Assembly (NCBI GenBank): GCA_963667725.2 | Contig: CAXXHO010000003.1 | Span: 640,001-704,000 of the forward strand | Direction: 5' to 3' | Length of the DNA: 64,000 nucleotides | Source: Treponemataceae bacterium | GTDB lineage: Bacteria > Spirochaetota > Spirochaetia > Treponematales > Rectinemataceae | In this document: one piece after another, positions 55,489 through 64,000 of the stretch | How the letters are laid out: the number at the start of each line of letters is the position of its first letter | How positions within the stretch are numbered: the first letter of the stretch is position 1 | Notes under the pieces: generated by a model | Database searches by the model: none | The model's input: only the letters and a program-made list of their open reading frames with translations | What the model was told of the DNA's origin: nothing | Translations under genes and position numbers: made by a program

Positions 55489-56241
55489 ATGAAAATTGTC
55501 CGTTTCCTCCATGAAGCCAAGGAAACTTATGGCATCCTCGAGGGGTCCATGATTCGAATAGCCTCAGGCACGCCTTTTGGCGCCTTCGAGACAACCGGAG
55601 CGACCGTTCCACTGTCGGCCGTGAAGCTTCTCTCGCCATGCATGCCCCGCAAGGCCCTCTGCATCGGTCTCAACTACCGCGACCACGCGGTGGAGTTCGG
55701 GCTCGCCATTCCCAAGACTCCCGTCTTTTTTATAAAGCCTTCAACGGCTGTCATCGCCCCTTTCGATTACATTGAGCGGCCGGCCATGTCTAGACAAGTG
55801 GAGTTTGAGGGGGAATTCGTCGTCGTGATCGGAAAGAAAGCAAAGAATGTACCGGCCGCCGATGCCTCCGGCTATATACTCGGCTACACCTGCGGTAACG
55901 ATGTCACCGCGCGCGATCTTCAGCCCAAGGAAGGGCAATGGACAATGTCTAAATCATTCGACAGCTTTCTGCCTTTCGGTCCCTGGATCGAGACGGAATT
56001 GGATCCCTCGTCGCTAAAGATCCAAACCTTTCTCAACGGCCAGGCGAAACAGTCGTCCACTACCGCCAACCTCATTTTCGCCGTTCCGAAGCTCGTGGAA
56101 TACCTCTCCGCGATTATGACCCTTGAGCCTGGAGACATCATTATGACGGGCACTTCTTCGGGTGTGGGGCCTATGCAGGCGGGAGACGAGGTCGTCGTCG
56201 AGATCGAGGGCATAGGCCGACTCGTGAATCCCGTGCGCTGA
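55489..56241 (+). CDS. Fumarylacetoacetate hydrolase-family protein
   Basis: CIGLNYRDH, FEGE, GNDVTARDLQ, KSFDSF.PFGP, PGDIIMTGT. Confidence 0.9.
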   Translation: MKIVRFLHEAKETYGILEGSMIRIASGTPFGAFETTGATVPLSAVKLLSPCMPRKALCIGLNYRDHAVEFGLAIPKTPVFFIKPSTAVIAPFDYIERPAMSRQVEFEGEFVVVIGKKAKNVPAADASGYILGYTCGNDVTARDLQPKEGQWTMSKSFDSFLPFGPWIETELDPSSLKIQTFLNGQAKQSSTTANLIFAVPKLVEYLSAIMTLEPGDIIMTGTSSGVGPMQAGDEVVVEIEGIGRLVNPVR

Positions 56242-56280
56242 GGGCGAACCGTATGGCGAGGCACCGACGTCGTTCGCGCT

Positions 56281-57480
56281 TTATTTCCTCGAAGCCTCGT
56301 CGTATCCGAAAGCGAGGGCTAGGAGCGCCGTCATCCCTGCTTCCAGCGCCTCGTCGTTGAAATCGAAGGCGGGGTTGTGGAGCTTGGGCCAGTCCTTTCC
56401 CAATCCCAGCCTCATGAAGGCTCCGGGAATCCTGTCCAGGTAATAGGCGAAGTCCTCGGTTCCCATCGAGGGTATGAAGTCTTCCGACCACGAGGCTTCG
56501 CCCATGGTTGAGATGATGATGGATCGCGCCGTTTCCACGCTTTTCCTGTCGTTGATCGTGGGAATATAGCCTTCGAAGAGGGTGAAACTGTTCGTGCAGC
56601 CCAGGGCGGCGCAGGTGTTGGATACGACCGAGCGCATCTTGTCGCCGAGATAGTCCCGAAGTTCTTTGTCGAAATAGCGTATCGTCCCCTCAAGAACCAC
56701 TTCGTCGGGAATCACGTTGCGCGTGCTCCCCCCATGGAGGGAGCAGACGGAGATGACGACGGGCTTCAACGGGTCGACGTTCCGCGACGCTATCGTCTGC
56801 AGCGCGATTATAGACTGGGCGGCGGCCACCACCGGGTCTATCGCCTCGTGAGGCATGCCCCCATGTCCGCCTTTCCCTTTTATCGTGATCGAGAAACTGT
56901 CAGCGGCCGCCATCGCCGGACCGGGAGCGCAGCTTATCTTCCCCGCAGGGAGGCCGCACCATCCATGGAAGGCGAAGGCGACGCTGGCCTTGGGCTCAAG
57001 CTCGAGTAGTCCTTTTTCGATGAGCGCCTTGCCTCCGCCTATCTCCTCCTCAGCCGGCTGGAAAACGAAGCGGACATTGCCCGCGAGGTCACCCGCGAAT
57101 TCGCCCGCGACTTTCATGGCGCCGAGCAACATAGCCATATGGCCGTCGTGTCCGCAGGCGTGGGATCTTCCTTGAGTGACGGAGCTCCAGGGCCTGCCCG
57201 AACATTCCTGAATCGGAAGCGCGTCGATATCGGCCCGCAGAAGCACCGTCGGGCCTGGCCGTCCTCCTCGAAGGAGGGCTACAGTGTCGGTTCCGATCAG
57301 TGGTTCCATCAGCTCGACGCAGCAGCCAGCCGCGAAATCCCTGATGATGGCCATCGTTTCCCGCTCTTCGAATTTCAGCTCCGGCAGGCCGTGTAATCTG
57401 TGGCGCAGCTGCATCACGGATGGCGATATCTCGTGAACCCTGTCGACGATGTTTCTTGACAAGCTCGGTTTCATATTCAT
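56281..57480 (-). CDS. M20D-family amidohydrolase
   Basis: LRADIDALP, HACGHDGH, FQPAEE, GGHGGMPH, EDFAYY, LHNPAFDF. Confidence 0.9.
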   Translation of the reverse strand: MNMKPSLSRNIVDRVHEISPSVMQLRHRLHGLPELKFEERETMAIIRDFAAGCCVELMEPLIGTDTVALLRGGRPGPTVLLRADIDALPIQECSGRPWSSVTQGRSHACGHDGHMAMLLGAMKVAGEFAGDLAGNVRFVFQPAEEEIGGGKALIEKGLLELEPKASVAFAFHGWCGLPAGKISCAPGPAMAAADSFSITIKGKGGHGGMPHEAIDPVVAAAQSIIALQTIASRNVDPLKPVVISVCSLHGGSTRNVIPDEVVLEGTIRYFDKELRDYLGDKMRSVVSNTCAALGCTNSFTLFEGYIPTINDRKSVETARSIIISTMGEASWSEDFIPSMGTEDFAYYLDRIPGAFMRLGLGKDWPKLHNPAFDFNDEALEAGMTALLALAFGYDEASRK

Positions 57481-58793
57481 TAGCCTTCGATACTCGTTTT
57501 TGGGAGGATATAGCTGTCATTGACAACGGCGAGGTCCCGAGCCCCATCCCGAAAAGCCTCTGCGGTCGCGCTGTCGAGATCCCCCAAGATTGGCGCGCCC
57601 AGGAGGTTATGACCCACGATAGAGCGGTTGTTCGTCACGATTCTCAACGTGCATCGTTCGCTGATGCGGCGGATGGCATAGGATGCCACGGCCGCCAAGG
57701 GATCTTCAAGCTTTCCGGAATCGAGGACAGCCAGGATTTCCGCGGGGCTTTTCTCGAGAAGAGAGATGAACTCCGGGTGGTCGCCCAAACCTTCGTCGAG
57801 CGGCGTGACGAGGACGAGAGTCCCGCCATCCTTGACGAGCAGCTCCCCGTTGTAGAAGCCCTTGCCGCTCTGCCATAGGTCTGTGGTCGCTGGGTAGGCC
57901 GAGACCACCACGAGGTCATGTTTTTTCTCGAACGAGGTGGCCATGAAGTCTTCGGCGATGGAGACGCTTCTTTCAAAGGCAGCATGAGGGTTGCCCGCCA
58001 CGACGCCGACGAGACCGCCGATCGTGGGGATACAGTTGACGCTGTATTTCAGCCCCGCGAGATCGCCGATCCTGTCGATGAACCCCCTGAACCAGTTGTC
58101 CTTCTGTCCGGGGATGATATGTTCTTCGATGATGGATTTGTAGTGGCAGCGATAGATCGTTTCGTACCCCGTCAGGCCTGGGCAGACGATCTTGGCGCCG
58201 CCCGACCAGCCCGAGAACTTGTGGGCCACGAGGCTGCCGATGCCGATCACCGTGCCCGCGTCCCTCAGGTTCTTGTTGAGAAGAACGGGAATGCCATCGA
58301 TAATCCCGGCTTTGTACAGTTCCCCGGAATTCATGCAGTCATGCAGGATAATTTCCACGCGGCCGTAAAGCCCGCCAACTTTCATGCGGAGTTCTCGTTC
58401 GTTCATAGGCCTGTGCGTGCCGGCCGAAACCAGGATCATTGTCTGCGCGTCCGAGAGGCCCATGGCGTTCAGCCGCTCCTGAAGCCTCTCCAGAATAGGA
58501 GCCGTCGGGGTTCCCCGGGTATGATCGTCGATGGCGTAGATCACGCGTTTCCGCGGGTTGACTATGTCCTCGAGGGCCTGTCCGTGACGGGAAGATATGG
58601 CTTCGTCGATCGCCCCGAGCAGCGTGGCGCCCTGTCTCGGCAATGGTCCGGGCAGGCTCTGCGCGAAGCGTACCGATTTCGCGACCGATCCGTCGAGGAC
58701 GATCGAATTCGCGGAGTCGAGCCTTACCTCGATAGAGGAAAATTTGGATCTAGAGAGAACCTTCGCAGCATTCATCTTCGCGATTCCTTCCAT
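57480..58793 (-). CDS. LarA-family nickel-pincer racemase/epimerase
   Basis: DDHTR, AGTHR, HKFSGWSGGAK and a downstream His (RCHY) match the LarA catalytic and NPN-binding pattern. Confidence 0.85.
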   Translation of the reverse strand: MEGIAKMNAAKVLSRSKFSSIEVRLDSANSIVLDGSVAKSVRFAQSLPGPLPRQGATLLGAIDEAISSRHGQALEDIVNPRKRVIYAIDDHTRGTPTAPILERLQERLNAMGLSDAQTMILVSAGTHRPMNERELRMKVGGLYGRVEIILHDCMNSGELYKAGIIDGIPVLLNKNLRDAGTVIGIGSLVAHKFSGWSGGAKIVCPGLTGYETIYRCHYKSIIEEHIIPGQKDNWFRGFIDRIGDLAGLKYSVNCIPTIGGLVGVVAGNPHAAFERSVSIAEDFMATSFEKKHDLVVVSAYPATTDLWQSGKGFYNGELLVKDGGTLVLVTPLDEGLGDHPEFISLLEKSPAEILAVLDSGKLEDPLAAVASYAIRRISERCTLRIVTNNRSIVGHNLLGAPILGDLDSATAEAFRDGARDLAVVNDSYILPKTSIEG

Positions 58794-58822
58794 GGTAAAA
58801 TCGTATAAACCTTCGCGGGAGT

Positions 58823-59872
58823 CTATTTCGCAAGGGCGCGGATGTCGTCAAGCAGGGAGTTCGGCAGCCGTACGCCATTCTTCATCGAATTAGCCCTTGC
58901 CGTCATTTCTTTCTCTCCGTGGAAGTATATCTTATCCTTTCCTGCGGACCTGGGGCTGGCGCAGAGCCTGTCCATGATGTCCTGCACCTTGGCCTTGATA
59001 GCCTGAGCGTCGCCGAAGGCTTCCACGCGGATCGCGCCGAAGAAGTGGCAGACGCCACCTCCCTGGTCGGTGTAAGTGTCGCGGCTCATCTGTCCTAGCG
59101 ACAAGCCCGCGGAAAGCAGGTCAACGAGGGTAGCCAGGCCGAATCCCTTATGGCCGCCGAATCCTTCGCCTTCCCCGCCTAAAGGAAGGATGCCGCCATA
59201 GGAGTGCGTGTTGAAGTTGTGGATGACGGCTTCGGCATCAGTGGTTCGAGAGCCGTCCTCATCTACGGCCCAGCCCTCGGGTATCGGCTCTCCGGCGCGG
59301 AGCTTCACTTCTATCTTGCCCCTTGGAACTACGCTCGTCGCCATGTCCATATGGAAGGGAACCCTTGTGCCGGGGATGCAGACGGCGATGGGATTCGTTC
59401 CGAGCATGGCTTCCCTTCCGAAGGTGGGGACGACCAGAGGATAGGTATTGGTCATCGAGATTCCTATCATGCCTCTTTTCTGCGCCAGCTCCGAGTAATA
59501 ACCCGCGATCCCGAAATGGTTGGAATTCCTGACTGTGGCGAAGCAGATATAGCTTGCCTCGGCCTTCTCGATGCAGCGCTCCATGGCGAAAATCGATACG
59601 TGCTGTCCTAAACCCCTGTTTCCGTCCACCACGAGGGAGACTGGGGTCTCGAAGACGATCTCGGGCTCGGCCTCGGGGCGGATGAACCCTTGTTTCGCCT
59701 CGCTGAGATAGCGGGTCAGGCGGACGACGCCGTGGGAACGGATCCCTCTCGAGTCCGCCTCGACCAGCACGCGAGCCGCTTCCTCGCTCTTGTCGGCCGG
59801 AAATCCGGCGCGCTGGAGAGCGGCGGCGGAAATCTTCACGAGTTCTTCAAAATCGATCACGATGTCTTCCAA
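58823..59872 (-). CDS. Ldh_2-family (malate/L-lactate/sulfolactate/ureidoglycolate) dehydrogenase
   Basis: GIRSHG, RNSNHFG, GTNPIA, DMATS, GGHKGFGL; TTG start at 59872 after GGAGG. Confidence 0.88.
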   Translation of the reverse strand: MEDIVIDFEELVKISAAALQRAGFPADKSEEAARVLVEADSRGIRSHGVVRLTRYLSEAKQGFIRPEAEPEIVFETPVSLVVDGNRGLGQHVSIFAMERCIEKAEASYICFATVRNSNHFGIAGYYSELAQKRGMIGISMTNTYPLVVPTFGREAMLGTNPIAVCIPGTRVPFHMDMATSVVPRGKIEVKLRAGEPIPEGWAVDEDGSRTTDAEAVIHNFNTHSYGGILPLGGEGEGFGGHKGFGLATLVDLLSAGLSLGQMSRDTYTDQGGGVCHFFGAIRVEAFGDAQAIKAKVQDIMDRLCASPRSAGKDKIYFHGEKEMTARANSMKNGVRLPNSLLDDIRALAK

Positions 59873-59939
59873 TGTATCCTCCGTTGTGAGGGCGCCAGAG
59901 ACGCCGTCGCCCGAAATGTCGCCGCCCCATGGCCGCGGA

Positions 59940-61121
59940 TCAGAGCCGGGGGCCGATCCTGGTGATCCCGAAGTCGGCGTAGCCGAAGGCTTCCGATTTC
60001 GTAAGTCTTCCATTCGCGATGTCCGCCACGAAATCGATCATCTTCGCGGACTCCTCCGCGAAGGTGCCGCCTTCCTCGAGAATCGAGGAAACGTCTATGT
60101 CGATGTCGTCTTTCATGCGCTCAACGGTTTTTCTGTTGCCGGTGACCTTGATGATCGGCGTGACGGGATTCCCCAGAGGTGTCCCGAGGCCGGTGGTGAA
60201 AAGCACAAGGTTGCAGCCGCAGGCCATGAGCCCCGTCGTGCATTCCGGATCGTAGCCTGGCGAATCCATGAACCACAGGCCGGGCGTCGAGCCCACCGTC
60301 TCGGCGTATTCGACGACGCCGACGATAGGGCAGGTGTATCCGCCTTTGGAAATGGCGCCCAGTGATTTTTCTTCAATGGTGGTGAGGCCTCCCCTGACGT
60401 TTCCCGGGGAGATATTGTTGGGTACGGCGACGCCGTCCACCTCGTCCCTGTCCTCGCCTCGGCTGTACTCGACCATCTTCTTGATGCGGTCCACCAGCTT
60501 CGCCGCGATCTCAGGGCTGGCGCAGCGCTTGGTGAGGATGCTCTCCGTGCCTATGACCTCGGTGGTCTCCGACAAGACGATTCGCCCGCCCAAGGCGAAG
60601 AGTTCGTCCGAGACATAGCCTACGACGGGATTGGATGAGAGGCTGGACGAAAAATCGCTTCCTCCGCATTCGACGCCGAGCACGATGCTTGAGGGCTGGA
60701 CCTCTTCGCGTTTCATGCCCGCGAGGTCGCTGACCATCGCCGACACGATTTCCTTTCCTCGCTTCACGGTCGAAAGGGTGCCTCCCAGCTGTTGGGTGAC
60801 GATGAATTCGACCGGCTTTCCCGACTTTCCCAAATCGGCCGCCAATTCCTGGGGATCGATCCTCTCGCACCCCAAACCCACGAGAAGGATGGCTCCGACA
60901 TTGGGGTTGAGCCCCGTATTGAGCAGGGTCCTGAACGCCTGCCGATGATCGGCGCCTATCTGCGCGCAGCCCACTTCGTGGTGGACAGCTACGGCGCCGG
61001 GGATATCCTTCGCGATCAGGGAAGCGATATGATTCACGCAGGCGACGACGGGCATAACGAGCGTCACATTGCGAAAGCCGACCTTTCCGTCGGGACGGCG
61101 ATAGCCAAATAATGTCTTCAT
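59940..61121 (-). CDS. UxaA-family dehydratase, large subunit (altronate/galactarate dehydratase or SuyB-like)
   Basis: GYRRPDGKVGFRN, GLGCE, ECGGSD, SETTE, SPGNVRGGLTTIEEKSLG, FTTG.G. Confidence 0.9.
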   Translation of the reverse strand: MKTLFGYRRPDGKVGFRNVTLVMPVVACVNHIASLIAKDIPGAVAVHHEVGCAQIGADHRQAFRTLLNTGLNPNVGAILLVGLGCERIDPQELAADLGKSGKPVEFIVTQQLGGTLSTVKRGKEIVSAMVSDLAGMKREEVQPSSIVLGVECGGSDFSSSLSSNPVVGYVSDELFALGGRIVLSETTEVIGTESILTKRCASPEIAAKLVDRIKKMVEYSRGEDRDEVDGVAVPNNISPGNVRGGLTTIEEKSLGAISKGGYTCPIVGVVEYAETVGSTPGLWFMDSPGYDPECTTGLMACGCNLVLFTTGLGTPLGNPVTPIIKVTGNRKTVERMKDDIDIDVSSILEEGGTFAEESAKMIDFVADIANGRLTKSEAFGYADFGITRIGPRL

Positions 61122-61124
61122 CGT

Positions 61125-61403
61125 TTATTCCTCCGTTCTCTTGCTTCCCACATTGTGCACGTGAACATATGAGCCTTTCGTTATTTCGCGGAGGGAATAT
61201 CCTATCTCGAAACCGTATTTTACGACGGCCGCTCCCGCGGGAATCGCGGACAGCGCGATCTTGTGGCCGCGCGGCACTTTTTCGCCGGCCTTCAGTTCAA
61301 CGATATCGGTTAAGCCCTTGCACGAGACGATTTCATCCTTCTCGACGTCGTCCAGCACGGTCGCGACATTGTCGAGCCGATTCATTATCAATCCGCGTTT
61401 CAT
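61125..61403 (-). CDS. UxaA-family SAF-domain small subunit (SuyA-like)
   Basis: DNVAT, GHKIAL, VVKYG, HVHNV. Confidence 0.88.
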   Translation of the reverse strand: MKRGLIMNRLDNVATVLDDVEKDEIVSCKGLTDIVELKAGEKVPRGHKIALSAIPAGAAVVKYGFEIGYSLREITKGSYVHVHNVGSKRTEE

Positions 61404-61407
61404 CGCT

Positions 61408-62109
61408 TCACTCCTTCGTCGCAGGTATCGGGAATGTTATGCTCGACAGTTTATCGCTTACGATCGAGATCAAATGTTTGATGTGGCGGGCGAGCAGTTC
61501 TTTCGCGTTTTCAAGGTCGCCTTTCAATATGAGCTCGCCGATTTGGATATGCTGTTCGAGCTCGGATCGCACCCAATTCATATCGTCGGGCGGCGAGTAC
61601 TTCCTGATGACGTTGCGGTAGCGTTGGATATTAGCCATCAGCCTTTCGTAGGTGTGCTGCAGGTAGGGATTTCGGCAGGAAGCGATGATGAGGTCGTGGA
61701 GGGAGTAATCGAGTTCATATGGAAGGCTCGTGGGGGACTTGTCGTGGAGCTCTAGGAGTTCCCTCATCTCCATGACGAGGTTTTTCAGCACCATCTGGTC
61801 GACGTTGGCGATGGCTCTCTCCAGCGCGAGCAGTTCGAGGGAGAGGCGCATTTCGTAAACATATTCGGAATCCAGCTTCGTCATTGGCGCGACAAAGAAG
61901 CCCTTATTATGGATCCTCCGGATGAGGTCTTCCCTTTCGAGCAGCTGCAGCGCGCCTCTCACCGGCGTTATGCTTACATTCAGGGAAGCCGCGAGGGAGT
62001 TGATGTTGAGCGTCTCTTCCGGTGGAATCTCAAGCGAAATGATCCTGTTTTTGATATTTAGATAGACGACTTTCTCGAGGCTTTGCGCTTCAATGGGTTC
62101 AATATTCAT
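61408..62109 (-). CDS. GntR/FadR-family (FCD) regulator
   Basis: LA..LNVSITPVRGAL..L HTH; FCD domain with NPYL and His residues. Confidence 0.88.
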   Translation of the reverse strand: MNIEPIEAQSLEKVVYLNIKNRIISLEIPPEETLNINSLAASLNVSITPVRGALQLLEREDLIRRIHNKGFFVAPMTKLDSEYVYEMRLSLELLALERAIANVDQMVLKNLVMEMRELLELHDKSPTSLPYELDYSLHDLIIASCRNPYLQHTYERLMANIQRYRNVIRKYSPPDDMNWVRSELEQHIQIGELILKGDLENAKELLARHIKHLISIVSDKLSSITFPIPATKE

Positions 62110-62939
62110 GACATACCTTCCCGCTTGTTGTGACCTATATAATCTTCAAGTTTTTCGGCCATCTCGGTCAAAAAGACTGATTCTCCCATTTTCTTGTCCC
62201 CGAAGACTTCTACGCTGCAGTAGCCGACGTATTCAAGCCGCGCAAGCAGCTCGAAATATCGCGAGAAATCGATCTTGCCCCTGCCCAGAGGACTGTGAAA
62301 CGTGTCCGCAAGATGAACGAAACCCAATCGGCGCCTATTTTCCACGATGCCGGTTTCCTGGTCGAGCCCCACATGATCGGTGTCCAGAAGCCAGCCGAAA
62401 GTGGATAGACCGGCGACGTCTATGAAGGAGCATGCCTGCGATACGGTGTTGAGGGTGTCGCAGATGTCGGGCCTAAGGGGCTCGATCAGTAGCTTCACGC
62501 CTTCTTCTCCGGCGAGCCTGTCGAGCGCGGAAAAGGATTCGGCCATCGCCTCGAGCGAAGACATCTCATTTCCGTTCCATACTTTTCCGCGAAAACGTCC
62601 TATCCCGACCTTGCAGCCCAAACCGCCGGCCAGCCTGACCACGCTTTCAGCCTTCCTCAGGGCGGCCTTCCTCGCAGAGCCGTCGGGGTCGTTCAGCATG
62701 AGGTTTAGCGAACCGAAGAGTTCGCCGGTGCAGAGCTGGCTCACTTCAAGGCCCTGCGCCAAGACAGCCTTCTTGAAAGCGTCACGATCGAAGAGGTCCG
62801 GATCGCCAATCATCACTTCGATGCCATCAAATCCAAGCCCTTTCATGCATGACAAAGCTTCGGTTAGCGGCAGATTGAGGCCGGTGATGGCGTGGTCTCG
62901 GGGGAGAGAAGGATCGATCCACATATAGGATTTTTTCAT
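62106..62939 (-). CDS. Sugar phosphate isomerase/epimerase (xylose-isomerase-like TIM barrel)
   Basis: GFDGIE, IEPL, DTDH, HLAD, GRGKIDF, SVE metal-binding pattern. Confidence 0.8.
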   Translation of the reverse strand: MKKSYMWIDPSLPRDHAITGLNLPLTEALSCMKGLGFDGIEVMIGDPDLFDRDAFKKAVLAQGLEVSQLCTGELFGSLNLMLNDPDGSARKAALRKAESVVRLAGGLGCKVGIGRFRGKVWNGNEMSSLEAMAESFSALDRLAGEEGVKLLIEPLRPDICDTLNTVSQACSFIDVAGLSTFGWLLDTDHVGLDQETGIVENRRRLGFVHLADTFHSPLGRGKIDFSRYFELLARLEYVGYCSVEVFGDKKMGESVFLTEMAEKLEDYIGHNKREGMS

Positions 62940-63805
62940 CACGTCCTCGCCGCCAGCTTGCATACGCAGAGGGAGAGATACTTCGCTTCGTCGGAATCGG
63001 CGCGCGAGGTGAGGACGATCGGACACTTCGTTCCCCAAAGAATCCCGCCCACAGAGGCTCCGGCGAGGTGAACGGCCGCCTTGATGAGCATGGCCGCGCT
63101 CTCCAGGTCCGGCGCGATCAGCACATCGGCGGGAGGGACGAATGAAAAGCGAAGGCCTTTCTTTTCGCAGGCGAGGGGAGAGAGCGCCGAATCCAAGGCC
63201 ATCGGCCCATCGACGACGGCGCCGGCGATCTGACCTCTTCTGGCCATGGTCGAGAGAATGGCCGCGTCGCTTCCCGACGTTATGCCCGGCAGCACGAGTT
63301 CGTTGGCGCTGAGGATGGCCACCTTGGGCGTCGTCTCGCCCAGGAGCCTGGAACAGCGGATGGCATTGAGCACAATCTCGACTTTCTGGGCCAGATCCGG
63401 ATAGGGGGTTACGGTACCGTCTGATACGACAATCGGCTTTTCGTAGCCGGGGAGGTCGAGAATGGAGCAGTGCGTGATATAGCCGGTACGGAAGGCCGAT
63501 TTTACGAGGCCCTTGAGGAAGATGTTGGTGTTGACCAAGCCCTTCGCCAGACTGTCCAGGTCTCCCCGGAGGCAGAACTCCAGCGCTTTTTCGATGGCCT
63601 CCGCGGGGCTCCGCGCCAGAACCGTCTCGATTCCTTCTATAGTCGAGGGACTGAAGGCTATGGAATCGGCCACTCCGTTTTCGCGTGCCCGCCGCGCCGT
63701 CCTGACAAGTCCCTCATCGGGAAAGATCAGGCCTACCTTGAAATCCGGCGCGCGGGATTCCGCCTTCTGGACGCATCGAGCCAGTGTCTTCGATAGTTCC
63801 GCCAT
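62939..63805 (-). CDS. ptb: Phosphate acyl(butyryl)transferase
   Basis: KGLVNT, PDLAQKVEI..NA, PKVAILSANE, DGPMALD.A, LTSRADS. Confidence 0.85.
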   Translation of the reverse strand: MAELSKTLARCVQKAESRAPDFKVGLIFPDEGLVRTARRARENGVADSIAFSPSTIEGIETVLARSPAEAIEKALEFCLRGDLDSLAKGLVNTNIFLKGLVKSAFRTGYITHCSILDLPGYEKPIVVSDGTVTPYPDLAQKVEIVLNAIRCSRLLGETTPKVAILSANELVLPGITSGSDAAILSTMARRGQIAGAVVDGPMALDSALSPLACEKKGLRFSFVPPADVLIAPDLESAAMLIKAAVHLAGASVGGILWGTKCPIVLTSRADSDEAKYLSLCVCKLAART

Positions 63806-63881
63806 TTTTCTCGATCTCCTTCCTAGTAAAACAGGCCGTGTGCCGATCTCATGCCGACAGGGACGGCTTTTTGACTCGCGC

Positions 63882-64000
63882 TCAATAGTCCAGGGGCAGA
63901 ATGTCGCCTTTCAAGACGTTGCGTACCCCTTCGGCGAGCGCCTCCATCTCGAATTCGCCCGGATACCAGAGCAGCCGGCCGGCGAATCCGAGAGAATCAG
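63882..64000 (-). CDS. buk: Butyrate kinase C-terminus (5' truncated by window edge)
   Basis: Manual translation DSLGFAGRLLWYPGEFEMEALAEGVRNVLKGDILPLDY* matches the Buk C-terminal YPGE.EM.ALA.G motif; next to ptb. Confidence 0.8.
   Translation of the reverse strand, partial: DSLGFAGRLLWYPGEFEMEALAEGVRNVLKGDILPLDY

Overview
GC-rich bacterial chromosome segment. The polA-coaE-SPOR order and the anaerobic gene content suggest an anaerobic spirochaete, which is inference only. In order it carries: (1) the tail of a FecCD-type ABC transporter; (2) a fructosamine (Amadori product) operon, frlB-ABC-frlD-GntR; (3) a large minus-strand purine catabolism region (8.6-48.4 kb) with BMP-ABC and TRAP uptake, adenine deaminase, an 8-oxoguanine-deaminase-like enzyme, XdhAB and the 2,8-dioxopurine reductive urate genes xdhD, ygfM, ygfK, ssnA, ygeW and ygeY. 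Canonical hyuA and ygeX are not recognisable; an allantoinase-like hydrolase and two different fold-type II PLP enzymes occupy the operons instead; (4) inside that region, a ~10 kb AT-richer block (19.7-29.7 kb) resembling the Orange-protein (ORP) metallocluster system (NifB/NifX proteins, paired MinD-ferredoxin ATPases, Mrp, IscU, DUF5320, CGGC, DUF134), whose promoters share a GCATATGC-centred palindrome; (5) housekeeping genes (SPOR, coaE, polA, J-domain), psuK-psuG and an FAH-family gene; (6) an uncharacterised catabolic operon (buk, ptb, epimerase, GntR, split UxaA/SuyAB, Ldh_2, LarA, M20). No rRNA, tRNA, CRISPR array, transposase or integrase was seen. All calls come from reading motifs by eye; no database searches were run.
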